A stretch of DNA of 64,000 nucleotides from Escherichia coli (GCF_003334355.1 NZ_QOWP01000020.1); one strand, 5' to 3'. Shown: positions 43,851-55,709, counted from the first letter of the stretch. The notes: generated by a model from the sequence alone, not told the origin. Translations and numbers: made by a program.

Positions 43851-44933
43851 TTAGCGAATTGCTATTTCCGTTTCTGCATCAAAGAAATGACATTTCGTCA
43901 TATCAAAATGAATAGTGATATTTTCTCCTGCATGATAATCATTTAACGCACCAGCACGGACCACTAACTCGTGCCCCCCAACCGTGGTGTAGAGCATAAA
44001 TTCCGCACCGGTTAATTCTGCCACGCTAATTTTGGCGGAAATGTTATTTTCCTCTTGCGCGTCCGGATGAATATCTTCCGGTCGTATTCCCATCACGATG
44101 GGCTTATGCAAACTTTCCTGTGTTTTCAGAACCGCTAATTTCTCTTCGGGAATGGTTAATTTAAGCGTTTCCGTAACGAATTTATCGCCATCGATCGTGC
44201 CGCGAATAAAATTCATCGCTGGTGATCCAATAAATCCGGAAACAAACATATTCGCGGGTTGGTTATAAACGGTTTTCGGCGCACCTACTTGCTGAACAAT
44301 CCCGTCTTTCATAATCACAATCCGCGTCGCCATGGTCATCGCTTCGGTCTGATCGTGGGTCACGTAGATCATGGTGGTGTTCAGTTTCTGATGCAGCTTG
44401 CTGATCTCTGCGCGCATTTGCACGCGCAGCTTGGCATCAAGGTTAGAGAGCGGTTCATCCATTAAAAACACGCCCGCTTCGCGTACAATCGCCCGCCCAA
44501 GCGCCACTCGCTGACGTTGCCCGCCGGAAAGCGCCCCCGGCTTACGTTTCAGGTACTCACGCAGGCCGAGAATTTGCGCCGCCCAGTTCACCCGCTCATC
44601 AATCACCTCTTTGGCGATTTTTTGCATCTTCAGACCAAACGCCATGTTGTCGTAAACCGTCATATGCGGATACAACGCGTAGTTCTGGAACACCATCGCT
44701 ATATTGCGTGCTTTGGCTGGAACGTCATTCATTCGTTTGCCGTCGATCAACAGATCGCCGCCGCTGATCTCCTCAAGCCCGGCAATCATGCGCAGGGTGG
44801 TCGACTTACCGCAGCCCGACGGGCCGACAAACACGATGAACTCTTTATCGGCAATTTCCAGGTTGAAGTCCTTCACCACATGCACCTGGTTATCGTAGAT
44901 TTTTTGAATATGTTGTAACGAAAGCTGAGCCAT
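43851..44933 (-). CDS. ycjV: ABC transporter ATP-binding protein YcjV (intact)
   Basis: 360-aa uninterrupted ORF with Walker A (GPSGCGKST), signature (LSGGQRQR) and Walker B motifs. Confidence 0.9.
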   Translation of the reverse strand: MAQLSLQHIQKIYDNQVHVVKDFNLEIADKEFIVFVGPSGCGKSTTLRMIAGLEEISGGDLLIDGKRMNDVPAKARNIAMVFQNYALYPHMTVYDNMAFGLKMQKIAKEVIDERVNWAAQILGLREYLKRKPGALSGGQRQRVALGRAIVREAGVFLMDEPLSNLDAKLRVQMRAEISKLHQKLNTTMIYVTHDQTEAMTMATRIVIMKDGIVQQVGAPKTVYNQPANMFVSGFIGSPAMNFIRGTIDGDKFVTETLKLTIPEEKLAVLKTQESLHKPIVMGIRPEDIHPDAQEENNISAKISVAELTGAEFMLYTTVGGHELVVRAGALNDYHAGENITIHFDMTKCHFFDAETEIAIR

Positions 44934-44946
44934 GTTGATTCCTTTG

Positions 44947-45606
44947 CTATACGTTTTGCCAGAAGGCCGATAACCGCGGCCAGGTGAGTGATTCCGTTGA
45001 AGGCAACAGTAATTGCGCCCCGGTTAAGCCCGCGCCGATCCCCACCGAGCGCATACCGCTGGCGTTAATGGCGTCAATGCCCGCCTGCGCATCTTCAATG
45101 CCGATACATGCCTGCGGCGGCACGCCCAGCCCTGCACAGGCGGCGAGAAAGATTTCCGGGTCCGGTTTCGAGTTTTTAAGTTGGGAAGCATCCGCGCAGA
45201 AGGTGAAAAACTCGCGCAGCTCCAGCGCCGCTAAAATCGTCGGCGCATTCAGGGAGACAGAAGCCAGCCCAACCGAGATCTGCTGTGCACGGAGATCTGC
45301 CAGCAAAGAGCGAATGCCGGGTAGAACAGCGTTGACCGTCAACTCGCGTAGTGAGTGGACATAGAGCAGATTTTTGCGATACGCCAGTTGCGCCCTCTCC
45401 TGCGAGTTAAAGTCGCCCTCTTTGCCCCCGTGTTGCAGAATGCGCCGCAGAGACTCATCGCGGCTGATCCCTTTTAGGGATTCGTTAAACTGCGCATCAA
45501 TGCTGATGCCAATTTCAGCGGCAATCTGCTGCCACGCCTGGAAATGCAGATGCGCGGTATCGGTGATTACACCATCCAGATCGAAAATTACCCCTTGCAG
45601 TTTCAT
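44947..45606 (-). CDS. ycjU: Beta-phosphoglucomutase YcjU
   Basis: 219 aa; HAD DxDG motif. Confidence 0.9.
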
Positions 45607-47870
45607 TCATCCTCCTGATGTTTGGTAGCGGTCCCATTGAAGGGCAAAATAAAATCACCCAAACAGAAAACAGATTCTTCAGCCACGGTTATAAGCTGAC
45701 CGTTCAAACGCAGTGAAACGGGCGCAGAAGTTCGAATCGCAATACGCTGCGCGTCAAGAGTGACCTGTAATTCGCAGCCCTGCCAGAACAGAGGGAAAGA
45801 CAACTGTTGCCACTGCTCAGGTAACGCCGGATTGAGATGCAATTCACCGTCACGCACGCTCACCCCGGCAAAACCCTGAATCGCCCCCAGCCAGATAGCG
45901 CCAGTTGCGGCAGCATGGATACCATCATCACAACTATGCGGATCAGCACCAAGATCGATTTCAGTCCCCTCGCGCCAGAACTGATAACTTTGGGTCAGCA
46001 GGCCACAGCGTGCGGCAACAATGCCGTGGATTGCTTTACTTAATGACGAGTCGTGAATAGTGCGCGGTTCATAAAATTGCAGATTGGCAAGACACGATGC
46101 CGCTGAGAACTGCTCCGGCAGCATGTAATTGAGCATCACCACATCAGCTTGTTTGAGGATCTGCATCTCGTTCACTTCTGCGCGTGAATAATCCAGCAGT
46201 ATGGTTTGCTTCCCCGCCGCCGCTTTGTATTTCGCCAGATTAATCGCCGGCTTAGCCATAAACGAATCATCCTGCGGCAAAACGCCGTCGGGCTGAATTT
46301 CTGGCATCCATAGCTCTTTGAGGAACATTTCGGCGCGATGGATAAACGCATCGTCGCTACAGCCGAACTGGCGGGCAATATTCAGCGCCTGTTGAACGTT
46401 GTAGCGGGCCATATAGCTGGTGTATGCATTATTATTGACATGTTCGGTATATTCGTCTGGCCCAATAACATCATGAATTTCCAGACGATCGTTAACTCTT
46501 ACCGCGCGGCTAATCCAGAACTTTGCCGTCTCCAGAAGTAGCGCCATGCCTTCATGCGCAATGAAACTTTCATCCCCCGTGGTCTGCCAGTATTGAATAA
46601 CCGCCCAGGCGATATCGGCCACCAGATGATGTTCCGCCTGCGCCGAGGCCACTTTTTGCCGCAGCCCGGTGCGAATGTTAATGGCGGCAAATTCCGGCGT
46701 CTCTTCTTCGCCGCTGCGCGCGCTTTCCCACGGAAATAGCGCGCCCTGCCAGCCGTTGCGTCGCGCTTTCTCCTGCGCGCCTGGCAAGTTGTGCCAGCGA
46801 TAACGCAGTAAACTTCGGGCAACCGTCGGATCGCTAAACAGATGAAACGGTAACAAAAATACTTCTGTATCCCAGAAAACGTGGCCTTTGTAGCCTTCGC
46901 CGGTTAAGCCTTTTGCCGCAATGCTGCTGCGCTCGTCGTGGGCAGGCGTCATGATGCGCAGATGATAAAGCGCATAATCTAACGCTTGCTGATCGTGCGC
47001 TTCGCCGCCATTTACCGTGATACGACGTTTCTGCCACCATTGACGCCAGTTTTCTGTTGATGCTGCAAGAAGTTGGTCGTAACTCTGCTGCGCGCACATT
47101 TCAAGCTGGCGAAGCGACGCGCTGCCCCACTCGTCTAAAGCAGCTTGCCTGTCATCCCGCCAGTCGATCCACACCAGTTTTTGCAACGTCATTGTCTCGC
47201 CTGCATGAAGCTGCGCACTGGTATGTTGCAGTAAACGGCGCTCTTTGGCGGTATAGCATTGCTGCACATCACCGCTCACCTTACAGCAACAGCTGATGGC
47301 CACATCACTGCGTCCATCCTGGGTGGTGTAGCTCCCCTGCATCAGATGCTGACCAAACACCCGCACCTGGGTTTCGTCGAGATGTTGGCGACCGTGATTG
47401 GTTTGCGTGGCGTCAATGCCTGTTGAAATCAGCACTGACGCGTCGGCGTCCAGTGGCGTAATAGTGATTTCCAGCGCAATGAGCGGCAGTTGGTCTGCCG
47501 AAACAAAGCGACGGCTGGCGATGGTGTAACCTGAGCCGTTGCTGGTACGCCAGACAACATTGCGGCGTAATTCGCCACTGGCAAAGTCAAGCTCACGCTG
47601 CCAGGCTTCGTGGGATAACGAGAAAACCTCACCATTTATGGCAATCTCCATCCCCACGACATCAGGCAGGTTCACCAGTTCGTTGATTTCACCTTTTCCC
47701 GCCCGATGATACAGCCCCGCCAGATACATCCCTCGCGTCTGGCGCGTGTAATCTTCTTCATGGCTGGCGCGAAGCCCAAGATAGCCGTTCCCCTGCGCCA
47801 TCAGCGATGCATACTTGTTCAGGGTATGCTGGCTGAAATGGGGTTCTGATAACGTTACTGGCCTGGTCAT
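45603..47870 (-). CDS. ycjT: Kojibiose phosphorylase YcjT (GH65)
   Basis: 755 aa. Confidence 0.9.
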
Positions 47871-48922
47871 AATTCCACACGCGTCCCTGTTTCTGCGGAT
47901 TGATACAACGCCGCCACCAGTTGCTGGATGATGTACCCCTGCTCGGCGTCGGCTATCATCACGGGCTTGCCCTGTACGTGATTGATAAAGGCTTCCATGC
48001 TGCGCAAATGGCGGTTGTCGTCTGCCATTTCCCGTTGCATCAGCGTCATTAATTCACCGTTGTTATCGGTGTAGATATGTGCTGGAAACAGCGTCGCACC
48101 AGCTTTATCACCACAAAAGCTGACGTTCATAATCGACTGTTCGCGGATGTTGAGTGCAAATGACGTTTCCAGCCACAGAATGCCGCCGTTATGAAATTCA
48201 ATGGTGCCAAACAGCGAATCTTCGACGCTGTAAGTTGCCGGATCCCACTCACCAAATTGACCACAGCTCTTTTGCGTGCCGATCTTTTGAAAGCTATGCG
48301 CATTCACGCTTTTCACCGCCGGAAAGCCCAGCACATACATCGCAGCATCCAGCATATGAATGCCGATGTCGATCAGCGGGCCACCACCCTGCAGTTCTTT
48401 ATTGGTAAAGACACCCCAGCCGGGAACGCCGCAGCGACGCAGGGCGCGGGCGGTGGTAACGTAAATCTCTCCCAAAACGCCGTTGGTCACCTGTTCACGC
48501 AGCTGTTGCGTATCGAGCGCAAAACGATGGTGAAAGTCGTAGGCCAGCACCTTGCCCAGTTTGCGCGCGGTATCGCACATTTCCCGCGCCTGTTCTGGCG
48601 TCATGGCGGGCGGTTTTTCGCACATCACATGGCAGCCCGCTTCCAGTGCCATCAGGGTATGTTCGTAATGAAAACGGTTAGGTGAGCAGACGCTAACCAC
48701 ATCAGGTTTCACCGCCAGCAGCATGGCCTGCGGATCGTCCCACACGGATGCATTCCCGTATTTTTCTGCCAGCGCCTGCGCCTGGGAAAGGCGGCTGTCA
48801 CAGACAGCCACCAGTTCCAGATCGTTGCGGGTGCAGTAGTACGAAGCATGAACCTTATCCGCCACCTGGCCTGCGCCTATTATCGCGACCCGCAGCGGAG
48901 AGCTTGTCATTGCACTTTTCAC
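47867..48922 (-). CDS. ycjS: Gfo/Idh/MocA-family sugar 3-dehydrogenase YcjS
   Basis: 351 aa. Confidence 0.9.
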   Translation of the reverse strand: MKSAMTSSPLRVAIIGAGQVADKVHASYYCTRNDLELVAVCDSRLSQAQALAEKYGNASVWDDPQAMLLAVKPDVVSVCSPNRFHYEHTLMALEAGCHVMCEKPPAMTPEQAREMCDTARKLGKVLAYDFHHRFALDTQQLREQVTNGVLGEIYVTTARALRRCGVPGWGVFTNKELQGGGPLIDIGIHMLDAAMYVLGFPAVKSVNAHSFQKIGTQKSCGQFGEWDPATYSVEDSLFGTIEFHNGGILWLETSFALNIREQSIMNVSFCGDKAGATLFPAHIYTDNNGELMTLMQREMADDNRHLRSMEAFINHVQGKPVMIADAEQGYIIQQLVAALYQSAETGTRVEL

Positions 48923-48931
48923 AAAGACCTC

Positions 48932-49720
48932 TTAGCAGGTACGCAACCAGGCCAACGAATCACGGTACGCCTGGGCAGGATCTTCCGCCCGGATACGCCC
49001 TTCGTACACTACATAGCCCTGATAGTTATCCGCGCGCAGCTGTTCAAACAGCGCGTGGAAATCCAGGGTGCCGCTGCCCGGCTGGTAGCGATGGTTATCC
49101 GCAATATGCACATGACCGAGCAGGTCGCGGTTGTCATGCAGCGCCTGCGCCAGGTTATCTTCTTCGATATTCATGTGATAGAAATCGCCGATAATCTGTA
49201 CATGTTTAAGATCGTTTTCGACGATGTAACGGCGGGCATCGGCGAGGGTGTTGATCATATGATCCTGATAGCGGTTTAACGGTTCGAGATACACCACGGT
49301 TCCGGTACGCGCGGCGACCTGTTCCAGTACGCGCAGGGAATCACTCACCATTTTGCGGTCGCCGTCCAGGCTACGCGGCGAGGTCATCGGCGGTAAGCGG
49401 AAGGTAAACATGCCCCACGCAGCCGGAACGACGATGCCTTTACCGCCCACTTCTGCCAGCGCTTCGAGAATGCGCTCGATCTGCTTTAAGCCATTAAGAC
49501 GACGCTCTTCGATAAAGTCGCCAATCCATCCGTCATAGCCACCGCAGGCGGTGGTCACCGGTAAACCGGTTTCTTTGATCGCCGCTTTGACTTCTTCGAT
49601 GTTGTTAACCAGCAGTTTGCCGTCAATCTCAAAACCATCGAAGTCCATCTCTTTGATATAACGAAATTTCTCCAGAATGTTTTCCGGAAAGAACGCCTGA
49701 TTCTGTGTGCCGATTTTCAT
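48932..49720 (-). CDS. ycjR: Sugar-phosphate isomerase/epimerase (TIM-barrel) YcjR
   Basis: 262-aa product; start chosen by RBS spacing. Confidence 0.85.
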   Translation of the reverse strand: MKIGTQNQAFFPENILEKFRYIKEMDFDGFEIDGKLLVNNIEEVKAAIKETGLPVTTACGGYDGWIGDFIEERRLNGLKQIERILEALAEVGGKGIVVPAAWGMFTFRLPPMTSPRSLDGDRKMVSDSLRVLEQVAARTGTVVYLEPLNRYQDHMINTLADARRYIVENDLKHVQIIGDFYHMNIEEDNLAQALHDNRDLLGHVHIADNHRYQPGSGTLDFHALFEQLRADNYQGYVVYEGRIRAEDPAQAYRDSLAWLRTC

Positions 49721-49738
49721 TTTTTTCATTCCTTTGAA

Positions 49739-50791
49739 TTAAAACGTAACGCCCATTTTGATGCTCTGTTCCGGATGCTGGTCGACATACTGCATATAGC
49801 TTTCCGGGCTATTGGCAAAGGTCACCACCGGGTCGATTAAATCTTCGCAATTGAGATAACCGTTCATCAGCAGTTCCCAACAGGTTTCTTCAATACGCTT
49901 GCGGCTCCAGCGCGGATAATCCGGGTTCGGTTCGCTGCACGCGCGAGAGAAGACAATTTTGGCGTTATTGAAATGCGCTTCGCGTCCGAGGTTAAAACCT
50001 TCGGCAAACGGCTTGGCAAACGCGACATAGGAGATGGTGCCGCCATAAGCCAGACCGCGGAGCGCCGATTGCAGCGCGTCGGCGTAGCCGCTGGTTTCGA
50101 TAATCACATCGGCACCCTGCTTGCCGGTCAGCGTTTTGATCTCTTTACCTACATCAGTGCCGATGGGGTTAAGGCAGAAATCCGCGCCGTGGCGACGGGC
50201 AATATCACAGCGATGGGCGATAGGATCGACGCCAATCACCACAGAAGCGCCAGCGCGTTTAGCCAGTTGGATGGCAATTTGACCGATTGCGCCAAGCCCT
50301 ACCACCACCACAAAATCCCCTACGCGCACGTTGGCATCGCGCACGCCGCTCATGGCAAACTGCGCCGGGTCGTAGCAGACGGCGTTTTTCCAGGAGCTGC
50401 CTTGCGGCATTTTGCGCAGCTTGTAGTTATTCACTGCGTTAATGATGACCGTCTCGGAGAGCGGGCCGTAGCCGCATACGCTGTCGCCCACCGCGTAGTC
50501 GGTAACGTCGCTGCCGCACTCGATAATGTCGCCAACCACCATGTTGCCAAGCTGGAATTTGCCAAACTCAATGCCGCGCGGCGCATCTGCCGGACGCGGA
50601 GTGAACATCTGCCATTCGCCGTTAAAGTCTTCATCAATAAACGGGCTGGCGGCGCGGAAGTCGACCACTTCCGTTCCGTGTTTCGGTGCGCCGAAACGCA
50701 CGCGGATCTTCACTTCATTAGCTAAAATCGCCCGATCTTCATACTCAACCAGCGCAGCAACACGCGGTGCTGTGGCTACTAACTTTTTCAT
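49739..50791 (-). CDS. ycjQ: Zn-dependent alcohol/sugar dehydrogenase YcjQ
   Basis: 350 aa. Confidence 0.9.
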   Translation of the reverse strand: MKKLVATAPRVAALVEYEDRAILANEVKIRVRFGAPKHGTEVVDFRAASPFIDEDFNGEWQMFTPRPADAPRGIEFGKFQLGNMVVGDIIECGSDVTDYAVGDSVCGYGPLSETVIINAVNNYKLRKMPQGSSWKNAVCYDPAQFAMSGVRDANVRVGDFVVVVGLGAIGQIAIQLAKRAGASVVIGVDPIAHRCDIARRHGADFCLNPIGTDVGKEIKTLTGKQGADVIIETSGYADALQSALRGLAYGGTISYVAFAKPFAEGFNLGREAHFNNAKIVFSRACSEPNPDYPRWSRKRIEETCWELLMNGYLNCEDLIDPVVTFANSPESYMQYVDQHPEQSIKMGVTF

Positions 50792-50821
50792 TTAAAACTC
50801 CTTGTAAAGAAACTGGCCGCT

Positions 50822-51664
50822 TTAGCCCTTCACGCCACCGGCGGTCAAACCACTCTTAATAAAACGTTCCGAAAGCGCATACATAATCACCACCGGCAAT
50901 GCGGTCACCAGTGAGGCCGCCATCATCCGTCCCCAGATGTAATCTGGCGTACTGAACAGCGCGTTCAGGCCCACCGGTAAGGTGAAATTGCTGGCGCTGG
51001 AGAGGAAAATCGACGCAAACAGATAGTCGTTCCACGCCACCATAAAGCAGTAGACGAACACGGATATCAGCCCGGACATCGCCAACGGCACGGTGATGCG
51101 GAAGATAATTTGCAGACGGTTGAGGCCATCCATCATCGCCGCTTCTTCGATCTCATCGGGGATGGTGTCGAAGTAGCTTTTCAGCATAAACACGGCGGTG
51201 GGCAGAGTTTGCGTCACCATGGTGATGATCAGCGCCATCTCAGTGTCGTAAATGCCAAGCGCGGTGATGATTTTGAAAAGCGGCACCACCAGCAAAATGC
51301 CAGAGAACATATACACCGTGTAAAAGCTGGCGTTGATGGTCATCCGACCTTTAAAGCGCAGGCGGGAAAGCGCGTAAGCCCCAAGAATGCCGAGGAATAC
51401 CGCCACCACGGATGAAACCACAGACACCACCAGACTGTTACGGAAGTAGTCGACAAACGGGAAAATCATCGGGTTAAAAATGTCGACGTAATGCTCCAGC
51501 GTCCACTGCTGCGGCAGCAGCGTAGGATGCAGTGAGATCGCCTCTTTCGCGCCCTTGAACGAGGTCATCAGCATCACAAAAAATGGAAACAGCGTGATGA
51601 TGAGAAACAGCGCCAGCCCGCAGTAAAAACCGATGCGACTGAGTGTGCGTTTATTTGTTGCCAT
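50822..51664 (-). CDS. ycjP: ABC sugar transporter permease YcjP
   Basis: 280 aa. Confidence 0.9.
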   Translation of the reverse strand: MATNKRTLSRIGFYCGLALFLIITLFPFFVMLMTSFKGAKEAISLHPTLLPQQWTLEHYVDIFNPMIFPFVDYFRNSLVVSVVSSVVAVFLGILGAYALSRLRFKGRMTINASFYTVYMFSGILLVVPLFKIITALGIYDTEMALIITMVTQTLPTAVFMLKSYFDTIPDEIEEAAMMDGLNRLQIIFRITVPLAMSGLISVFVYCFMVAWNDYLFASIFLSSASNFTLPVGLNALFSTPDYIWGRMMAASLVTALPVVIMYALSERFIKSGLTAGGVKG

Positions 51665-52532
51665 TGAGGTTCACCCGTTTCCTGGTCAGCAGAATGACAG
51701 CGAAAATAATGATGAAGAGCACCACCGAGATCGCCGCCGCTTTTCCTAAATCATTAAAGGCAAAGGCGGTTTTGTAGAGATATACACCGAGAATATCGAC
51801 CTTGGTCGTCAGCAAATAAACATCCGCGAACATGTAGAACATCCAGATGGTGCGCAGTGTCACCACCGTCGCCAGGACCGGCATAATTGCGGGCAGCGTG
51901 ACGATACGAAACCGTTGCCAGGCATTAGCGCCATCCATCTCTGCCGCTTCGTACAGCGATTTGTCGATGGTCTGCAAAATCGCCAGAAACGAGATAAAGG
52001 CATACGGGAAGTAGCGCCAGATGGCGAACAGCACCACCAGCACAAAGCTACTGCCCGGATTATCGAACCACAGCGGTGCCTGCTCATAGAGATGCAGAAG
52101 ATCGACGCCGAGGTAGTTAACAATGCCGTAGCCGTTGTTGAACATGTATTTCCAGGCGAACACCAGCGAAATGGACGGCGTTACGTAGGAGAGGATCACC
52201 AGCGAACGCGCGGTTTTGCGCAGGCGGAACTCGCGGTTGAAAAACATCGCCACCGCCAGCCCGAGCACGGTGCTGCCCGCCACCACCAGCGCGGTATACC
52301 AGACCGTCATCCACAGCGAATGCCAGAAGCCGGGATCGGAGAGGATACGCACATAGTTGCTCACCCCAACAAACGTTGACTCGATGTTGGGATTGAGCGG
52401 CAGACGTAAAAAACTGATTTCGATATTCGACACCATCGGCCACGCCACCAGACCGCCCAGCAGTAATAAGCTGGGCGCGAGAAGCAGCAGCGCAAAGGGC
52501 ATATCGGAACGACCTGAAAAAAGTCTGTTCAT
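51651..52532 (-). CDS. ycjO: ABC sugar transporter permease YcjO
   Basis: 293 aa. Confidence 0.9.
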   Translation of the reverse strand: MNRLFSGRSDMPFALLLLAPSLLLLGGLVAWPMVSNIEISFLRLPLNPNIESTFVGVSNYVRILSDPGFWHSLWMTVWYTALVVAGSTVLGLAVAMFFNREFRLRKTARSLVILSYVTPSISLVFAWKYMFNNGYGIVNYLGVDLLHLYEQAPLWFDNPGSSFVLVVLFAIWRYFPYAFISFLAILQTIDKSLYEAAEMDGANAWQRFRIVTLPAIMPVLATVVTLRTIWMFYMFADVYLLTTKVDILGVYLYKTAFAFNDLGKAAAISVVLFIIIFAVILLTRKRVNLNGNK

Positions 52533-52552
52533 TGCGGATTCCTGTCCTGGGT

Positions 52553-53845
52553 TTAGTGCTGTTCGATCAGTTCATCCAGTTTTTTCTGGCTCGCTTGCAG
52601 CGTAGTAGAGAGATCGGCTTTACCCACGGTGACGTTATGCACCATTGAACTCACCACGCCAGAACCCGTCACATCACCCATGCGGGTAAAGTTTTTATCC
52701 CCTACTGCGCCAAAAACCTGAATATTTGGCAGTTCACCGATTAGCTGATTCGGTAGTTCACCCAGCGCCTTAATAACGTCGTTGTCTTTCCAGGTGGCGG
52801 TAGTCACCACCGCTTTATTCACCGGCAGCGCAGCACCTGGCGACATCATCACCCAGTCGGCAATGTTGTCTGCCTGCTCCATAAAGGTGACAAATTTTTC
52901 TGCTGCTTCCGTCTCTTCGGTCTTTTGCCCGGCGGTAATGGTCAGCGAGGTCAACATGCCGTAGACCGCAGAGTTTTTCTCGGTTGGCACCACGAAACCG
53001 ACGTTTTTCGGGTCGCCTTCTTTAATCACAGCCGGAAGGATATAGGTGGAGTAAATCGCCATCGGCGCGGTGCCGTTCATAAAGGCGTCTTTCACTTCCA
53101 TGATGTCGTTAGAACCCGGCATAGTGTTGGCAGCAAGGTCGCGGTAATAGGTCAGTGCCTGCATCATCTCTGGTGTATCAAGGGTGATTTTGCCTTCGGC
53201 GTTAAAGACGTTAGCCTGGTTGGATAACGCAAACTGGGAGAAGGATTGTTCCGTCAACACGCTTTCTGCTGTAGGCAGCGCAATGCCGTATTTTTTATTC
53301 GCCGGGTCATTCAGTTTCTGTGCAACGTCCAGCAGCTGTTGCCAGTTTTTCGGCTCCTCAAGCCCCGCTTTTGCCAGCACATCTTTGCGATACCAGATAC
53401 CGCCAATCCAGGCGCTGACAGGAACACCGGTCCATGCGCTACCATCTTCGGTACGCACAATACGCAGTACGCCATCGTAAAACGCGCCTTCACCAACGTT
53501 GCTGATGACTGTGGCAACCGCTTTGCGATCGATAAGCTGCTCTTTGTCCATCACTTTGGCGTAGTCATGGCTGGTTTCGATCACTTCCGGCAGCGAACCG
53601 CTACGTGAAAGAGTAATGACTTTAGTGTTATAGGCATCTTCTTCCACGGGCACTTGCTTAACGGTGATGCCAGGGTTTTCTTTTTCAAAACGGGCAATCA
53701 ATTTACTGATAACGGCCTGGCGCTCCTGCTCCACCGAAGAATGCATAAATTCGATGGATACATTCGTTTTATTTTCTTCTTTACAGCCTGAAATCAGGGC
53801 GCATGAAACCAGTGCTGATAACAGCACGATTTTTGATTTAATCAT
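52553..53845 (-). CDS. ycjN: ABC sugar transporter periplasmic binding protein YcjN
   Basis: 430 aa with lipoprotein-like signal (LISGC). Confidence 0.9.
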   Translation of the reverse strand: MIKSKIVLLSALVSCALISGCKEENKTNVSIEFMHSSVEQERQAVISKLIARFEKENPGITVKQVPVEEDAYNTKVITLSRSGSLPEVIETSHDYAKVMDKEQLIDRKAVATVISNVGEGAFYDGVLRIVRTEDGSAWTGVPVSAWIGGIWYRKDVLAKAGLEEPKNWQQLLDVAQKLNDPANKKYGIALPTAESVLTEQSFSQFALSNQANVFNAEGKITLDTPEMMQALTYYRDLAANTMPGSNDIMEVKDAFMNGTAPMAIYSTYILPAVIKEGDPKNVGFVVPTEKNSAVYGMLTSLTITAGQKTEETEAAEKFVTFMEQADNIADWVMMSPGAALPVNKAVVTTATWKDNDVIKALGELPNQLIGELPNIQVFGAVGDKNFTRMGDVTGSGVVSSMVHNVTVGKADLSTTLQASQKKLDELIEQH

Positions 53846-53858
53846 GAGATGTTCCTTT

Positions 53859-55538
53859 TTATTTAATCCACATAACCTGCCAGGGGCGCAGCGTTATTTC
53901 ATTACCCAATATATCAACTTCACTAATCAGATCCCGACCATGCAGATTAGTAATATTTACATGCTGAATATTTTTACTGACATTAAACAATCCAGTCAGA
54001 CAATTACCATCAGCGTTACTTCTTTGAATACGCATTACGGATGAATTAATCGTATCAATGGTAAAATTATTATCCGGATGAAACTCGTTATGGCTGCGAC
54101 GAAGTGTAATTAAACGCGACAACTCATGATATACCGCATGCCTTAATGTAGCTTCATCGTTCAGTTCTCGGGTTATCTCTTTACTGTGATATTTTTTACG
54201 GTTAATCGCACGGTTATATCCGAGTTTTTCGACACCTGCGTAATCATTACGCGAGCCAAGAATACTTTGAATATATATCGCTGGCACACCGGGGAAACTT
54301 AACAAAATCGCATGGGCAAGGATAAACCTGGCGCAACGTTCTTCATCGCTACTCTCACGGCGGCTTAACGCATCCATATAGGTCACATTTATTTCATACG
54401 GACTGCGTGTACCGTCGGGATTATTTTTCCAGTTTACTAATGCACCTTCCTGCTGTAACGCCTCGACCAGCTCTAATATTTCGCTTTCAGGCAACAAGCC
54501 CCGTAGCGGGTTTAGCCCGATGCCATCGTGAGAGGCGAGGAAGTTAAACCAGGTGGTGTTGCTGGAAGGTAGTGTCAGGTTTTGCGCCCACGCACAAAGC
54601 GCCTCAACGTTCTGTTTTTGCACCGCATGCAGCACCAGTGGCGGCAGCGAGAACTGGTACACCATATGTGCTTCGTCATCGCCTGCGCCAAAGTAAGCAA
54701 TGTTGTCTTTATGCGGAACATTGGTCTCGGTAATGATCACTGTACCTGGCGCAACGTTATCAATAATCGACCGTAACAGTTTGATAATCAGATGTGTTTT
54801 TTCCAGATGGATGCAGCTTGTTCCCGGCTCTTTCCACATAAAGCCAACGGCATCCAGGCGGACATACTCAGCACCTTTCGCAAAGTAACAGAGTAAAACA
54901 TCCACCATCGCCAGCAACACTTCAGGGCTACGGTAATTCAGGTCAATTTGATCGTCACTAAAGGTGGTCCATAAATGGCGCGTTGAATGATCGCGCATCT
55001 GGAATGGCGTTAATAACGGTAACGCACGCGGGCGAGTGACGGCGCTGAGATCGGTTTGCGGGTCAACGGCAATAAAAAAATCTTCAAAACCTGGATGCTG
55101 TTGTAAATAGTTTTTAAACCATTCACTTTTTGCCGACATATGGTTGCAGACAAAATCAAACATTAAATGACTGCATTCACCGAGTTGCTGAATATCCTGC
55201 CACTCCCCCGCTTCACTGGCGACCTGATGATAATCAATTACCGAAAAGCCATCATCAGATGACCATGGATAAAACGGCAACAAATGAACATGTGAAAAAA
55301 TGCTTTGCAGCCATTGATGGTAAAACTGATTAAATGTGGGTAATGGTTTTAAATCATTGCTGTGAAATTGATCGGCATAGGTAATTAACACGACATCACT
55401 TTCATCCCAGTGTTTTTTACGTCGCTGTGTAATTAATCGTTTCGCACTCTCAAGACGCGTTACAAGTTTCTGTAAATGAGTTGCGGTAAATGTTCCACCG
55501 TAGATTTCGTCCAGGTAATCCGTAATTTTCTGTTTCAT
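53859..55538 (-). CDS. ycjM: GH13 sucrose-phosphorylase-like enzyme YcjM (glucosylglycerate phosphorylase)
   Basis: 559-aa product from MKQKITDYLDE. Confidence 0.9.
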   Translation of the reverse strand: MKQKITDYLDEIYGGTFTATHLQKLVTRLESAKRLITQRRKKHWDESDVVLITYADQFHSNDLKPLPTFNQFYHQWLQSIFSHVHLLPFYPWSSDDGFSVIDYHQVASEAGEWQDIQQLGECSHLMFDFVCNHMSAKSEWFKNYLQQHPGFEDFFIAVDPQTDLSAVTRPRALPLLTPFQMRDHSTRHLWTTFSDDQIDLNYRSPEVLLAMVDVLLCYFAKGAEYVRLDAVGFMWKEPGTSCIHLEKTHLIIKLLRSIIDNVAPGTVIITETNVPHKDNIAYFGAGDDEAHMVYQFSLPPLVLHAVQKQNVEALCAWAQNLTLPSSNTTWFNFLASHDGIGLNPLRGLLPESEILELVEALQQEGALVNWKNNPDGTRSPYEINVTYMDALSRRESSDEERCARFILAHAILLSFPGVPAIYIQSILGSRNDYAGVEKLGYNRAINRKKYHSKEITRELNDEATLRHAVYHELSRLITLRRSHNEFHPDNNFTIDTINSSVMRIQRSNADGNCLTGLFNVSKNIQHVNITNLHGRDLISEVDILGNEITLRPWQVMWIK

Positions 55539-55709
55539 GTTGCCTTTCCGTGGTAGCGGTCCCATGAAACGAGAGACTACTCCGCAGAAAATAAACTGTC
55601 AATTGAGCACAAGGGTTTTAGTCACGCAGGAAATCATTTTTTACCAGGGAAAAAGCGTATTTGTGAGCTGACGCAAATAATCTATGGGGATGTAAATAAG
55701 GTGTGACAG

